Source: Aduncisulcus paluster
Lineage: Eukaryota
Reading direction: 5' to 3'
Assembly (NCBI GenBank): GCA_024181965.1
Contig: BQXS01020470.1
Coordinates: 1-29,557, forward strand
DNA length: 29,557 bases
Part shown: positions 19,482 to 29,557 of the stretch, piece after piece
Layout of the letters: each line of letters starts with the position of its first letter
Position numbering within the stretch: the stretch's first letter is position 1
Translations under genes and position numbers: made by a program
The notes under the pieces: generated by a model
Seen by the model: the letters and a program-made list of their open reading frames with translations, nothing else
Told to the model about the DNA's origin: nothing
Databases searched by the model: none

Positions 19482-22061
19482 TTATAATGATGTAAAATCG
19501 AGCGGAATTGATGGACCATTGAGAGGATCTAAAGTATCCATTTCAAACATAACATCATAATCAAGGATCTGATTAGCAGGATAGCACCATATACATTCTT
19601 CTTTTCGTCTCTTTTCGGCATGAATGAGAGGTGTTTCTTCCTCTTGTGAACTATCACCAAGAATATCAATATCAATGCCAGCACCGACATCACACTCATC
19701 ATCGACACCCACAATAATACCACCGAGACTCTCTTGCATCAGTTCTCTCCCATCGATTGCGGAAGATTCAACGGCAACGGCAGCCGGCTGTTGTTCTCCA
19801 GAAGTAACAAGAGAATCTTTTCGTTTTAGTTCAAGCTCAAGTCTGAGTCTCCTCTTCTTCCTTTCTTCACGGGCACATAGAACAGCGGCAGCAGTTAAAC
19901 CCATTCCAGCTGTCGGATATCTCCATGGAACAGATTCGATGGAATCATAAATATTTGGATACTCGGAATAGACTTTTGCATGCGGGACAACAAGATTTCC
20001 TGGTTCCTCCTCTTTTCCGGCAATGTCTTTTCCGGCAATGTCAATCTTAGATGAGTCAGATTCCCAGAAACAAGCAGATCCAATCTTGAGTGATAGTTCA
20101 GGATATTTTTCAACAGAGAAAGGGGTGAGCATTGGTGCTTGTGTTCCTGTCACAGGATATAATAACTCATCAGCAACCTCATCTGCTTCATCTTCCCTCT
20201 CTTCAAGAGCTTTGTTCACTGGGAATGTATCATAACCACAATGCAGAGCACCATAGTCGTCACACTCGTTAAACTGCCACATACAAAGATTATTCGGATG
20301 AAGGGTGAAGAAAAACACATTAGGTGAGGAGAGGGAAGCAAGAGAATCACCTCTGCGGCTCATGTCAATTGATGGATGAATAGAAATCGAACAAGAAGAA
20401 GAGGAAGACGAGGAAGAGGAAACAAGTTTTGTTCCTTTCTTGCCCAATCCTTCACGATGTGTTTTTCTCACTCTACCACCACCAATAGCTCTTGCGCAAA
20501 CCATATCAATACAATCTATTTTTAGATCCTCTCTGCGCGCACTATCTATCCCTGTGGTCATATCTGTGAGAGCTATTGTTTGTCCGCATGAGTATAGGAG
20601 CATTCCAAACGGGGTCAGAGAGAGGAAGAGAGAGAGAGAGATGTGAGTTGTATCGATCGAGGCTAATGCAGTGTCAATGGGTGATATTGAAGCATGAGAG
20701 GTATCTGAAACAGCCTCGTCGATCATCTCTCGTTCTTGTGATCCAGATATATCTTGTTTTTGAAGCATATCTTCAGCTTCTTCGGAGCCCCTCTGCTCTT
20801 CATCTTCAGCTTCTTCCTCATCCTTTCGATGCTGACCCTGAAACTCAGATTTATCAACGGAATCTATTTTTAGATCCCCATCTTTTGTATCCGATTCTAT
20901 TTTAAGGCCTTTCTTTTCTTTCTCCCTTTCTTCTTGGACTTCTCCTCTTCTTTCTCCTCTTCTTTCTCTTCCCTCATCGTCTTCTTCTTCTTTCACGACC
21001 TTTTTTTTCTCTTCTCGTTCAACACCTTTTCCATCAACACGAATAATGAGCTTCTGATGGAAAGAACGGTCGTCGCACACAACATAACAACACGAAGACT
21101 CAGAATTCAAGGGAGAGGAGCATAGGACATGAGTAATCCATGATTGGAATTCTAGGGGGGATTTTGTAAGCGATTGAAGGACAAAAAAGAAGGAAGCTTT
21201 AACAGTTTGTCTGCTAACATGCTCAAGATTCATAGTATCAACGTCCGTAAGTGACGTAGCCATGGAAATGAGATCACTTTGATTCTGGTTACCATAGACA
21301 TAATTGCGCTCTTCGTGAATCTTTGAGGATTTACAATCTATTTTTGGAATCTCTTTTAAATCATAAATATACAATAGTTTCCCCATCGAGAAAATAAGGG
21401 TCTTTCCGCCGTGACAGAACGAAACGCATGGATGTCGACCAAGCAGAGTGCATTCTTGATATTTATAAAGGGTATTAATCTCTGGGGTCAGTTCATATCC
21501 CATTTTATACAACATACATCCCGTTATAGTCGTAATTGCGCAATAAAATTCACAATACGAGTGCATATTCGATACTTGGGAAGTCAATGGAACCAAAAGT
21601 GGATATATCGTTATCTTTGTTAGCATTTTTTCAGTTCTTGATGGGTCTATCTTAATTTCATTCGATTGAGCATGTTTGTCGTTCTTATCATGAATATTTT
21701 CACAGAAAATTACACCAGCATTATTATATTTTTCATTTTGGAGCAAATCGGCCCAAGATAATTCCTTTAAGTCACATTTTAATGATATGACTTTCATAAC
21801 ACCGGTAATACAGCCAACAAATAGAAGTTGATTATCTGGAGAGAAAGCCAGGGAGGTTATGGCTTCATCAAAGGGTTTATATACACGAACAATTAATTTA
21901 GTTTCAATATCAATTATTTGAATGACTCCAGGTTTACAATATCCAACGGCAACGTATTTTCCCCAATCATCTACAGCCATGCAGCACAGCTTATTATCAG
22001 GAAGATCCCAAATATATGTAGGGAAATGAGGCATTCCAGAATGCAATATTTTCTTATTCAT
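19482..22061 (-). CDS. RBBP5: RBBP5/Swd1-like WD40 subunit of the COMPASS/Set1 H3K4 methyltransferase complex (divergent, with long insertions)
   Basis: The N-terminus MNKKIL..P..CCMAVDDWGKYVAVGYCKPGVIQIIDIETKLIVRVYKPFDEAITSLAFSPDNQLL resembles RBBP5 blades 1-2. The post-propeller segment YGALHCGYDTFPVNKALEEREDEADEV resembles WSAFAPDFKELDENVEYEERESEFD. IDIDI resembles the WDR5-binding VDV motif. The first ATG is at 22061; the 22094 start is TTG. Confidence 0.72.
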   Translation of the reverse strand: MNKKILHSGMPHFPTYIWDLPDNKLCCMAVDDWGKYVAVGYCKPGVIQIIDIETKLIVRVYKPFDEAITSLAFSPDNQLLFVGCITGVMKVISLKCDLKELSWADLLQNEKYNNAGVIFCENIHDKNDKHAQSNEIKIDPSRTEKMLTKITIYPLLVPLTSQVSNMHSYCEFYCAITTITGCMLYKMGYELTPEINTLYKYQECTLLGRHPCVSFCHGGKTLIFSMGKLLYIYDLKEIPKIDCKSSKIHEERNYVYGNQNQSDLISMATSLTDVDTMNLEHVSRQTVKASFFFVLQSLTKSPLEFQSWITHVLCSSPLNSESSCCYVVCDDRSFHQKLIIRVDGKGVEREEKKKVVKEEEDDEGRERRGERRGEVQEEREKEKKGLKIESDTKDGDLKIDSVDKSEFQGQHRKDEEEAEDEEQRGSEEAEDMLQKQDISGSQEREMIDEAVSDTSHASISPIDTALASIDTTHISLSLFLSLTPFGMLLYSCGQTIALTDMTTGIDSARREDLKIDCIDMVCARAIGGGRVRKTHREGLGKKGTKLVSSSSSSSSSCSISIHPSIDMSRRGDSLASLSSPNVFFFTLHPNNLCMWQFNECDDYGALHCGYDTFPVNKALEEREDEADEVADELLYPVTGTQAPMLTPFSVEKYPELSLKIGSACFWESDSSKIDIAGKDIAGKEEEPGNLVVPHAKVYSEYPNIYDSIESVPWRYPTAGMGLTAAAVLCAREERKKRRLRLELELKRKDSLVTSGEQQPAAVAVESSAIDGRELMQESLGGIIVGVDDECDVGAGIDIDILGDSSQEEETPLIHAEKRRKEECIWCYPANQILDYDVMFEMDTLDPLNGPSIPLDFTSL

Positions 22062-22381
22062 TAGTGGAAATGACACCCAATTGTTGCAAAACAATGAATT
22101 TGAATTTGCTCCATGCTTGAGTTTTCTATTCTTTATTTAAGTGATCAAACAAGATTTCAGTTTTCCTTTCTATATCTTTTTATTTTCTTATTTTTGGGTG
22201 CATAAATTATATCAGTCAGGAGAAGCCGATTTTGTGCTGGGCGGTATTTAGTGATTTGATAAAATAAATATCCATCGTAGTGCAATACTTATGCACTTTT
22301 AAATAAAAATTATTGTTTTTGGCTTTTATTATAAGCAATTACAAATTTCCCAAATTTTTGGTCGATTGTACAACTGGTAGA

Positions 22382-23497
22382 ATGAAAACCCACGAATTTA
22401 TAACCACAACCAGTGAGAAAGTTATACCATACTCAATTGAAATCCCTGATAGTATCTATTCCCAATTGTATCAGTGGGTAGATTTATTGACTCTTTCAAG
22501 AGAGAAGGATCACATCGAAAGGGACTTTTCAGATGGAGTTCTTCTTGCTGAAGTGCTTAAGCAAACATTAGTGGATGTCAAAGTAGATTTAATGAATTAT
22601 CCAAGTGCTTTGTCAAAAGAAAAGAAAGTAGAGAACTACACAACTTTAAACAGGAAAATTTATCTTAAATTGCAACCACATTATTGCATTGGTGCAAAAG
22701 ATATTGCTTTTGCCGTTGCTTCTGAAAAAGGGTCTGCTGAAAGGAATTTACTGTTCACATGCCTTTGTTTGTATGAGCACAACAAATGGGTTATTGAAAG
22801 ATTGAAAGATAAGAAAGAGAAGATGTTATCTGAAGAAGATACAGAGGGATACGACAGGAAAATCATTCGTATTGATAATTCTGTAAAAATCTTGGAAAAG
22901 GCTCAATCAGATCTTCGTTTTGTCGAAGACCTAAAGGAAATCATTCCTCCTTTACCTTCGGCTGTTCCTCGGGTGACTGTTACTGCTGCCTCCATGTCTC
23001 CTGAAAATTCCACTCAACAACTTTCCACTGATAAGTCCCTTAGGCGAGTCCTCTCTGAAACCAGTTCTGGGAGATCCTCTCCTTCGACTGTTTCCTACCG
23101 TTTGACTGGAGGACGTCCTGGTGATGGTCCTATTGGAGCCCAATCCCCTATCTTGACTCCTGTTGCCTCAACTTCTTCTCTGCCATCATCTTCATATTCA
23201 CGCTCTCATCTTCAGCCCCAAAGCGGAGACGAGACTATTATCAAAGATATTATGGGTTCTGTTGATGCCGATTTACTTCGGGAGAAAGAGGATCGTATTA
23301 TGCAGTTGGAACGGGAAAATGAGGAGCTTAGAGAGAAACAAGAGAAATATAAGCATCTTATTGCCATGAAGAATGAAAGAATTATCAAGTGTGTTGCTCA
23401 TTTAAAACGTTATGAAGCTTTAGCTCGGGATAGGCAATTCGGCGAAGAACAAGAGAAAAAGTGGGAATCAATAAGATCTTCGGAACTTCACGAATGA
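22382..23497 (+). CDS. SPEF1: Sperm flagellar protein 1 (SPEF1/CLAMP)-like microtubule-binding CH-domain protein
   Basis: QLYQWVDLLTLSREKDHIERDFSDGVLLAEVLK..VDLMNY..KVENYTTLNRKI is the CH_2 domain. There is a C-terminal coiled coil LLREKEDRI..KYKHLIAMKNERI. The first ATG is at 22382. Confidence 0.88.
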   Translation: MKTHEFITTTSEKVIPYSIEIPDSIYSQLYQWVDLLTLSREKDHIERDFSDGVLLAEVLKQTLVDVKVDLMNYPSALSKEKKVENYTTLNRKIYLKLQPHYCIGAKDIAFAVASEKGSAERNLLFTCLCLYEHNKWVIERLKDKKEKMLSEEDTEGYDRKIIRIDNSVKILEKAQSDLRFVEDLKEIIPPLPSAVPRVTVTAASMSPENSTQQLSTDKSLRRVLSETSSGRSSPSTVSYRLTGGRPGDGPIGAQSPILTPVASTSSLPSSSYSRSHLQPQSGDETIIKDIMGSVDADLLREKEDRIMQLERENEELREKQEKYKHLIAMKNERIIKCVAHLKRYEALARDRQFGEEQEKKWESIRSSELHE

Positions 23498-23593
23498 TTA
23501 AGCAAATGTGTTTACTTCGATTTTTGTAGCTTTGCTGTAATTTATTCTTTTTCTCAGAATTTGTACAAATTTACATAATAAATTTCAATATTT

Positions 23594-23795
23594 GTAGAAC
23601 CACAAAGTGGCTCCACCATATATTACCGCCTCGAAAGGCAAAATAACACAGGGGGTGAAAAATAAATGCTCATTGATCAAGGTCAAGAACCGGGCGCATA
23701 GAAGAGCCTCCAATAGAACCTCCCGCCTGAAAAATGCGTTTTTTACCGGTTCATCTATTCCGAAACGTCAGGTTGGGGAAACATCCACTAGGATC
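23594..23795 (-). ncRNA. Candidate structured non-coding RNA, family unidentified
   Basis: This is a GC-enriched island in an AT-rich intergenic region. It has several helices that pair fully only on the minus strand through G:U pairs, one capped by UUCG. Confidence 0.45.
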
Positions 23796-23961
23796 TATTA
23801 AAAATTATTATTATGTAAATTACTAACTAAATTGTTTGGAATTAAGATTAAAAAGGTCACTTCGTCATGAAGACTTTGACACCTTTGGATACGAATCTTT
23901 TGCTGTTGATAGGGGGTTTGTTCTTCTATATTGCCCTTATTTTTTTAGTTATCTTAGTAAT

Positions 23962-26062
23962 ATGCGAAATCTTTTGTGGTTATTTTTTATTTTTCTCATC
24001 TCGATGGTGTCTTTTTCTTTTCCTACCTTTTTTGCTGGAAATGATGGTAAATATGGAGGACAAACCGGGGTCAACGTAACGATCACTTCTGAAGGATTGA
24101 AATATCTTGTTGTAAATTGGTTTCAGTATGTTTTATCAATTATAATTTATTCTGTCAGAGTTGACTGACAAATTCGGTGGAATTGCAATTTTTTTAATTA
24201 TAATATTTTCATTGTTTATAAGACCTTATTTTGATCAATTTATGGGTACTTTAGGTATGTGGGTGCTTTTTTTTTTGTTGTTGTTATTTCCTTTTTGGTC
24301 ACTTCATATTGTTTATTCTTACTTTTATTTTTATTTGATTTTTCTAATTTTTATTTTAGATATTCCAAATTATTCGACCACTTTTGATTTTGGAATTGGA
24401 AAAGCCTCTGTTGCGCTAAACACTTTTGTTCTCACTTCTTATAGTTTTTTCCCTCAAGATCAAATCCTCATGAGTACTGAACCTAGCATTAATGGGCTGT
24501 TTACCTCTCTGACTGGTGCTGCGATGGATTTGACAGTTGCATATGAGATAAAGTTGCTTACCTACCCTTATAGTGAATTATCTGGCTCAGCTGAAGTCTC
24601 CATCCAAGGCCTAGGGGCCATATTGACCGTTACTTTTGAAGAAGCTCCAGATACATCAGATTTAACATGCAACAATGGCAAAGATGCATGTGGCTATGAT
24701 ATTTCCTTTTCTTTAGAACAGTTCACCCTCGCTTTGGATCAGCTAAATTTATACTTTCTCGGAGCTTCCTCGCCTATCCTTGAAGCAGTTGCTGATATTT
24801 TAGATTCTTCTCTTATCCCATTCTTTGTTTCTGAGTTGTCAAGGCTTGTCGAGCAAAAAATTGTCAACGATGCGAGCAAAGTTTTTAGTAACTTCGGACT
24901 CAACGATCCCTATGGATTCTACGAACACATATATTGGTATCTCGGGATTGCTCATGGGCTTGTCATGGCAGACAACTGTATTGTTATTCCAGCATTCTCG
25001 ATTTGTGCCGTGGGTTCTTCTGATGCCGAACGAGAGACAACTGTTGACCCTAGTTATGATCCAACGCCCTCATTGCCATACAACTCATTTGATAGCCAAT
25101 TTGAATTAACTATCTCCTTGTCTTCAATCGCTACTGTTTTTTACAACACAATTCACAATGCCAATGATATTTTCAGTGGGTGGAAGGCTACTTTCGACAC
25201 AGTTGCCTGCGTTTCAACGAGATATGGCTGCTATGACTCAAAGAAGGAACAATGGACCGGTGGTCTTAGCAGTCAGGATGTTGTTCGGAACAACATGGGG
25301 AGGAACATTAACGCGCCACCTTCTTCACTCTCTCCACTGTTCACAACGGAATATTGGCAGACCTCTTTCCCAGACTTATCCTCAATATGTTCAAGCTGCT
25401 ACATTGATGTTTCATATACTTTCAATACAATTGACAACGAACCAACTGTTCCCGTGCTTACAATGGATATCGATGGACTTACTGCCGAGTATCTTGGCTT
25501 TGTTCTGGTTGTGGATTTTGTCGATGTCATTAGTGGTGATTTAATTCTCTCCTCAACTTTTTCTGCAGATATTACCACTAAATCCATCGCCTGGAGTGAT
25601 CATGCCTACGTCAATTTCCTCCAATCTGTGAGTTCTGTTGGGAATATTGTGATAGAATCGTGTTCTTCAGAGTCTTCAGTTGTTGATTTTGATGGAAACA
25701 TGAGGAATAATGATACGTCTAAAAATAGAATACTTAATAATGGAAACAGTGTCGTTATAGATCAGTGTGGAATGGGATTGGATGATTGGAATTCATTCCT
25801 TCATATAATATCGACTGTGTTTTTGAATGGTATGTTCGGAAATGTTTTTCAACAACACAATTATGGATTTAATTATTTCAATCGCATGCCTTTTGGTTGG
25901 TATTATGCTTCAACGTTCAAGAATGAAGAAGTTTATTATGATCCATCCTCAAATTTTCTGATTTTAAGTTCAGATTTTGATTCTTGTAATTGTAGAATTC
26001 GAGCTTTTGACGATGAAGCCAGAAATGATGATGGAACTGTTATTTGTCTCTCGCAACTTTAG
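23962..26062 (+). CDS. Secreted BPI/LBP/CETP (TULIP) family lipid-binding protein; exons 23962-24125, 24223-24254, 24360-26062 (632 aa)
   Basis: It has a signal peptide (MRNLLWLFFIFLISMVSFS) and GVNVTITSEGLKYL, resembling the BPI motif GVVVRISQKGLDY. Two GTATGT...AG introns (24126-24222, 24255-24359) splice in frame to ...NWFQPYFDQFMGTLDIPNYSTTF. Confidence 0.8.
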
Positions 26063-26103
26063 GGACCATATATTGTCTTACGTTTTTTATCCTTTTGTTG
26101 ATA

Positions 26104-27731
26104 CATTTGCCTCGATCGATTGATGATGTTTTTCAGCTTTTTCAAACATCGATTCTCTCTGTTTTTCTTCGGTTTATTTAATTTTGATCCTTCTCCTCAT
26201 AAGGAACTAGCAAATGATTAATTCAATGTCATTTGATTTTTTTGTTTATTTCAATAATATTTTAATTGTTTTATATTCCGATCATTCTCGATGGTCTTAT
26301 TTTTTATTATTTTTTTTCTCTTTAATTAATTAATACATATTACTAATTTATTTATTGATTTGATTTTTGCCGCAACAGCCAAGATTTTATTCCCTTTTTT
26401 TGATCATTTGCTTTGCATCGCAATGTATATCTCTCTGCTGGGAAATTTTTGTGATTTTTTCTTGCAGATTTTATTTATTTTTCATCTTTCCTCCATTTTT
26501 GATAGATTCGTGTGTCAAAAATTGAAATGAGATTCTTAACGCTAACAAAGATAATGTCTTTATCTGATTATTTTCTTGTGAATTCTCACTCTCTCGAATT
26601 AATAATATTTTTTTTTTGTTTATCGGTTACAATATGTTTCTATTGTTCTTTTCGCTGTAAATATTACCTCGAAACCATTTAAATCAGGAATTTCTAACGT
26701 CCAAAAGGTTATTCTTCCTGAAATATCTCGAAAAATTCCGTAAGCTCCACCTTACTATCTTTACCGACCATTATCTAAATTTTTGAATGTCTTTGCTTAT
26801 CTCGATATAAGTACTATTTTTGAATAAACCATCCTTTCTCAATAATATTTTAATTGTTTTATATTCCGATCATTCTCGATGGTCTTATTTTTTATTATTT
26901 TTTTTCTCTTTAATTAATTAATACATATTACTAATTTATTTATTGATTTGATTTTTGCCGCAACAGCCAAGATTTTATTCCCTTTTTTTGATCATTTGCC
27001 TCGATCGATTGATGATGTTTTTCAGCTTTTTCAAACATCGATTCTCTCTGTTTTTCTTCGGTTTATTTAATTTTGATCCTTCTCCTCATAAGGAACTAGC
27101 AAATGATTAATTCAATGTCATTTGATTTTTTTGTTTATTTCAATAATATTTTAATTGTTTTATATTCCGATCATTCTCGATGGTCTTATTTTTTATTATT
27201 TTTTTTCTCTTTAATTAATTAATACATATTACTAATTTATTTATTGATTTGATTTTTGCCGCAACAGCCAAGATTTTATTCCCTTTTTTTGATCATTTGC
27301 TTTGCATCGCAATGTATATCTCTCTGCTGGGAAATTTTTGTGATTTTTTCTTGCAGATTTTATTTATTTTTCATCTTTCCTCCATTTTTGATAGATTCGT
27401 GTGTCAAAAATTGAAATGAGATTCTTAACGCTAACAAAGATAATGTCTTTATCTGATTATTTTCTTGTGAATTCTCACTCTCTCGAATTAATAATATTTT
27501 TTTTTTGTTTATCGGTTACAATATGTTTCTATTGTTCTTTTCGCTGTAAATATTACCTCGAAACCATTTAAATCAGGAATTTCTAACGTCCAAAAGGTTA
27601 TTCTTCCTGAAATATCTCGAAAAATTCCGTAAGCTCCACCTTACTATCTTTACCGACCATTATCTAAATTTTTGAATGTCTTTGCTTATCTCGATATAAG
27701 TACTATTTTTGAATAAACCATCCTTTCTCAA
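26104..27731. repeat. Complex non-coding direct duplication (ABC-B-ABC)
   Basis: 26104-26842 equals 26993-27731 (739 bp), and 26251-26411 equals 26839-26999 (161 bp), so segment B occurs three times. Confidence 0.9.
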
Positions 27732-28356
27732 CAATATTTAATCCTCAAAGATGCTAAGCGTGTTGCATTTTGCAAGAAATATATATATTCTCAGGTAAAA
27801 AAAGCTCCTACAACATGAAAATCCCATGTCTTAAAAAAAAAAAAATCAAAGCTCCTCATTTAATTGTATGGTTGTTTATTTCAGAAAGCTGATACATGAA
27901 ATCATCATAAAATATTATCAAATTTGATTTGATTAAAAATAAAAAGGCACGAGGAAGTCAAAATATCTGATTTCAAAATATAGAGAAATTATTATCAATC
28001 CATATAAGAAAGCATCATCTGTTCTGTTCTACAGACTTTTCTCAAGAAGATCGATTTCAAAACTCTGGATTCTAATTTATAATTTATAAGTTATAATACT
28101 CAACCAACAATTAGTATGTGTGAAAAGGATGTAACCGTGAATCAACTTTTTCTATCACAATACAAAAAATATCGACGAATAAGATATCATTTGCCACGAC
28201 AATTCAAAGAAAATCAACAATATAACTTGAAGAATTTCAATAATCTCCCAATCAACAATGTCACATTGTATCTGTCTACGGTAGACAGATAATTTAAGAG
28301 TATTCGAAATATAGCATAAAACGACAATTAGGAGTTCAAAAAGTTGATATAAGTTC

Positions 28357-28386
28357 AATAATAATAATAATAATAATAATAATAAT
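28357..28386. repeat. (AAT)10 microsatellite
   Basis: Read directly from the sequence. Confidence 0.9.
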
Positions 28387-28625
28387 CATATAAAAAAGGA
28401 AAAAACAGAAAATATTAACAAGAATGAATGTAGACCTAATTTGAGACAAATGAATTAAGATTATTATGCAAGTAAAAAAAGGTAAATAATAGTTGTGTAG
28501 ATAATAATAATAATAATAGGATAATATTAAATATAAATATAAATATAAAATCGAAAATACGAAATTGTACAATCGAAAAATACTCAAAAAATAATTGCAA
28601 CAATGGCATAAAATAATTAGATTCG

Positions 28626-29557
28626 TCATTTTTTCTTTTTTGATTTTTTTGATCTCTCTTCCTTCAAGATCAGAGGATTGAGAACATCATCAATCCTTTT
28701 TTCCAGTTCTTCAACACTATAGTTAAACATCACAATCGGTTCAAGGAATTCTCGTTCAATAAGAGATGTCACAAGGGCACCATCAAATGGACATGAGCAT
28801 AAATGACTAGGTGTTGTGATCCTCGATGCTTGTCTGGAATCAGAACTGAATGCTGTTGTGTAAGGAATTGGTGGAACAGTAATCGGAGAAGATTCATATT
28901 CTGACCCTTTCAAAGTGGAAAGGTCAATGGAATGTCCAGAAACGAGTTGCTCGAGTACATATTTCTCATTTACATCCATACCGACAGTGTCATCAACCAG
29001 ATTATTAACGATCCACATCATGACATCGACAGTGTCGAGTTTCATTGAGAAGAATGATCCTTGTTGTTCTGAAGAGACATCTTTTGCCCGACTACTAACT
29101 TGCGGTTGCTTTCCTCCATCTCCTCTCACTTCCTCTTTCTCTTCTTCTTTCTTTTCTTCTTCTTTCTTTTCTTCCTCAAGAGGATGGGATTGAGGCAATG
29201 AAGCCGTTTTCTTCGAACTTTTGAGGTATCTTTCATATCTAAAGCATCCCCCAGTCCAATGAGGCCAAGTGAAATCATACATGGAATCAGATACATTCAT
29301 TCCCTCGCTAAAAGGATGTGTGTATGGAAGAGTAATACGGAATGGTGAGACAGGAGGAGATGCTAGGAATAGAAAAGGGAAACACACATGAAGAGGCGTG
29401 TGGGGAAGTGCAATTGGTGGGAAAAACGTGGATAAAGGCATTAATTCGTGTCCATCAGCACATAATGGCATGAGTTTCTCTTGAGTTAGAGACGGAAGGA
29501 ATTGTAACCATGATTTTGAGGGAAACTTTCTCTGGCTGCTTTGAGAACGAGTATATG
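28626..29557 (-). CDS. Hypothetical protein, 3' part only (open to the window edge)
   Basis: The frame stays open upstream of ATG 29471 to the window end (YTRSQSSQRKFPSKSWLQFLPSLTQEKLM...). It has a basic C-terminal KKSKKKK tail. No family recognised. Confidence 0.7.
   Translation of the reverse strand, partial: YTRSQSSQRKFPSKSWLQFLPSLTQEKLMPLCADGHELMPLSTFFPPIALPHTPLHVCFPFLFLASPPVSPFRITLPYTHPFSEGMNVSDSMYDFTWPHWTGGCFRYERYLKSSKKTASLPQSHPLEEEKKEEEKKEEEKEEVRGDGGKQPQVSSRAKDVSSEQQGSFFSMKLDTVDVMMWIVNNLVDDTVGMDVNEKYVLEQLVSGHSIDLSTLKGSEYESSPITVPPIPYTTAFSSDSRQASRITTPSHLCSCPFDGALVTSLIEREFLEPIVMFNYSVEELEKRIDDVLNPLILKEERSKKSKKKK

Noticed and set aside
23607..23801. 64-aa + strand ORF, or assignment of the region to U1/U2/U4/U5/U6 or SRP RNA
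   Set aside because: The ORF has a GTG start and no recognisable features. I could not find the diagnostic motifs (ACUUACCUG, GUAGUA, U5 loop I, ACAGAGA, SRP helix 8). Partial look-alikes (GAUCAAUGAG, GAGGUUCUA..GAGGC) lack the right context.
24161..24359. N-terminal multi-TM segment of the 633-aa ORF
   Set aside because: It is mostly translated T-rich intron sequence with a TTG start. The spliced model gives a normal signal peptide.
28155..28629. Short hydrophobic minus-strand ORFs (67 and 97 aa)
   Set aside because: They are translations of AT-rich microsatellite or UTR sequence (poly-I, poly-Y).

Overview
This is AT-rich, gene-dense, intron-poor eukaryotic genomic DNA from a draft scaffold with five 20-N gaps. 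It comes from an anaerobic flagellated protist: it has the [FeFe]-hydrogenase maturase HydE with an organellar-type N-terminal extension, SPEF1, and GTATGT..AG introns. The overall character and an expanded repeat-protein family recall a free-living fornicate such as Aduncisulcus (inference, not searched). Genes in order: mid-SUN (SLP1/SUCO-like) protein (partial), alpha2delta/CACHD1-like VWA-Cache membrane protein, Ubc8/UBE2H E2, a lipase-fold protein lacking the nucleophile, hydE, an LRR protein, several intact or decayed members of a lineage-specific tandem-domain family, a non-histone protein with an internal histone H3-tail mimic, an RBBP5/Swd1-like WD40 protein, SPEF1, a 3-exon BPI/LBP-family gene and a partial hypothetical gene. 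The most interesting signals are (i) the H3(1-28) mimic, encoded next to the COMPASS subunit RBBP5, and (ii) an unexplained, G:U-biased, strongly structured ~200-nt minus-strand ncRNA candidate between SPEF1 and BPI. The apparent duplications around the N gaps are assembly artefacts.
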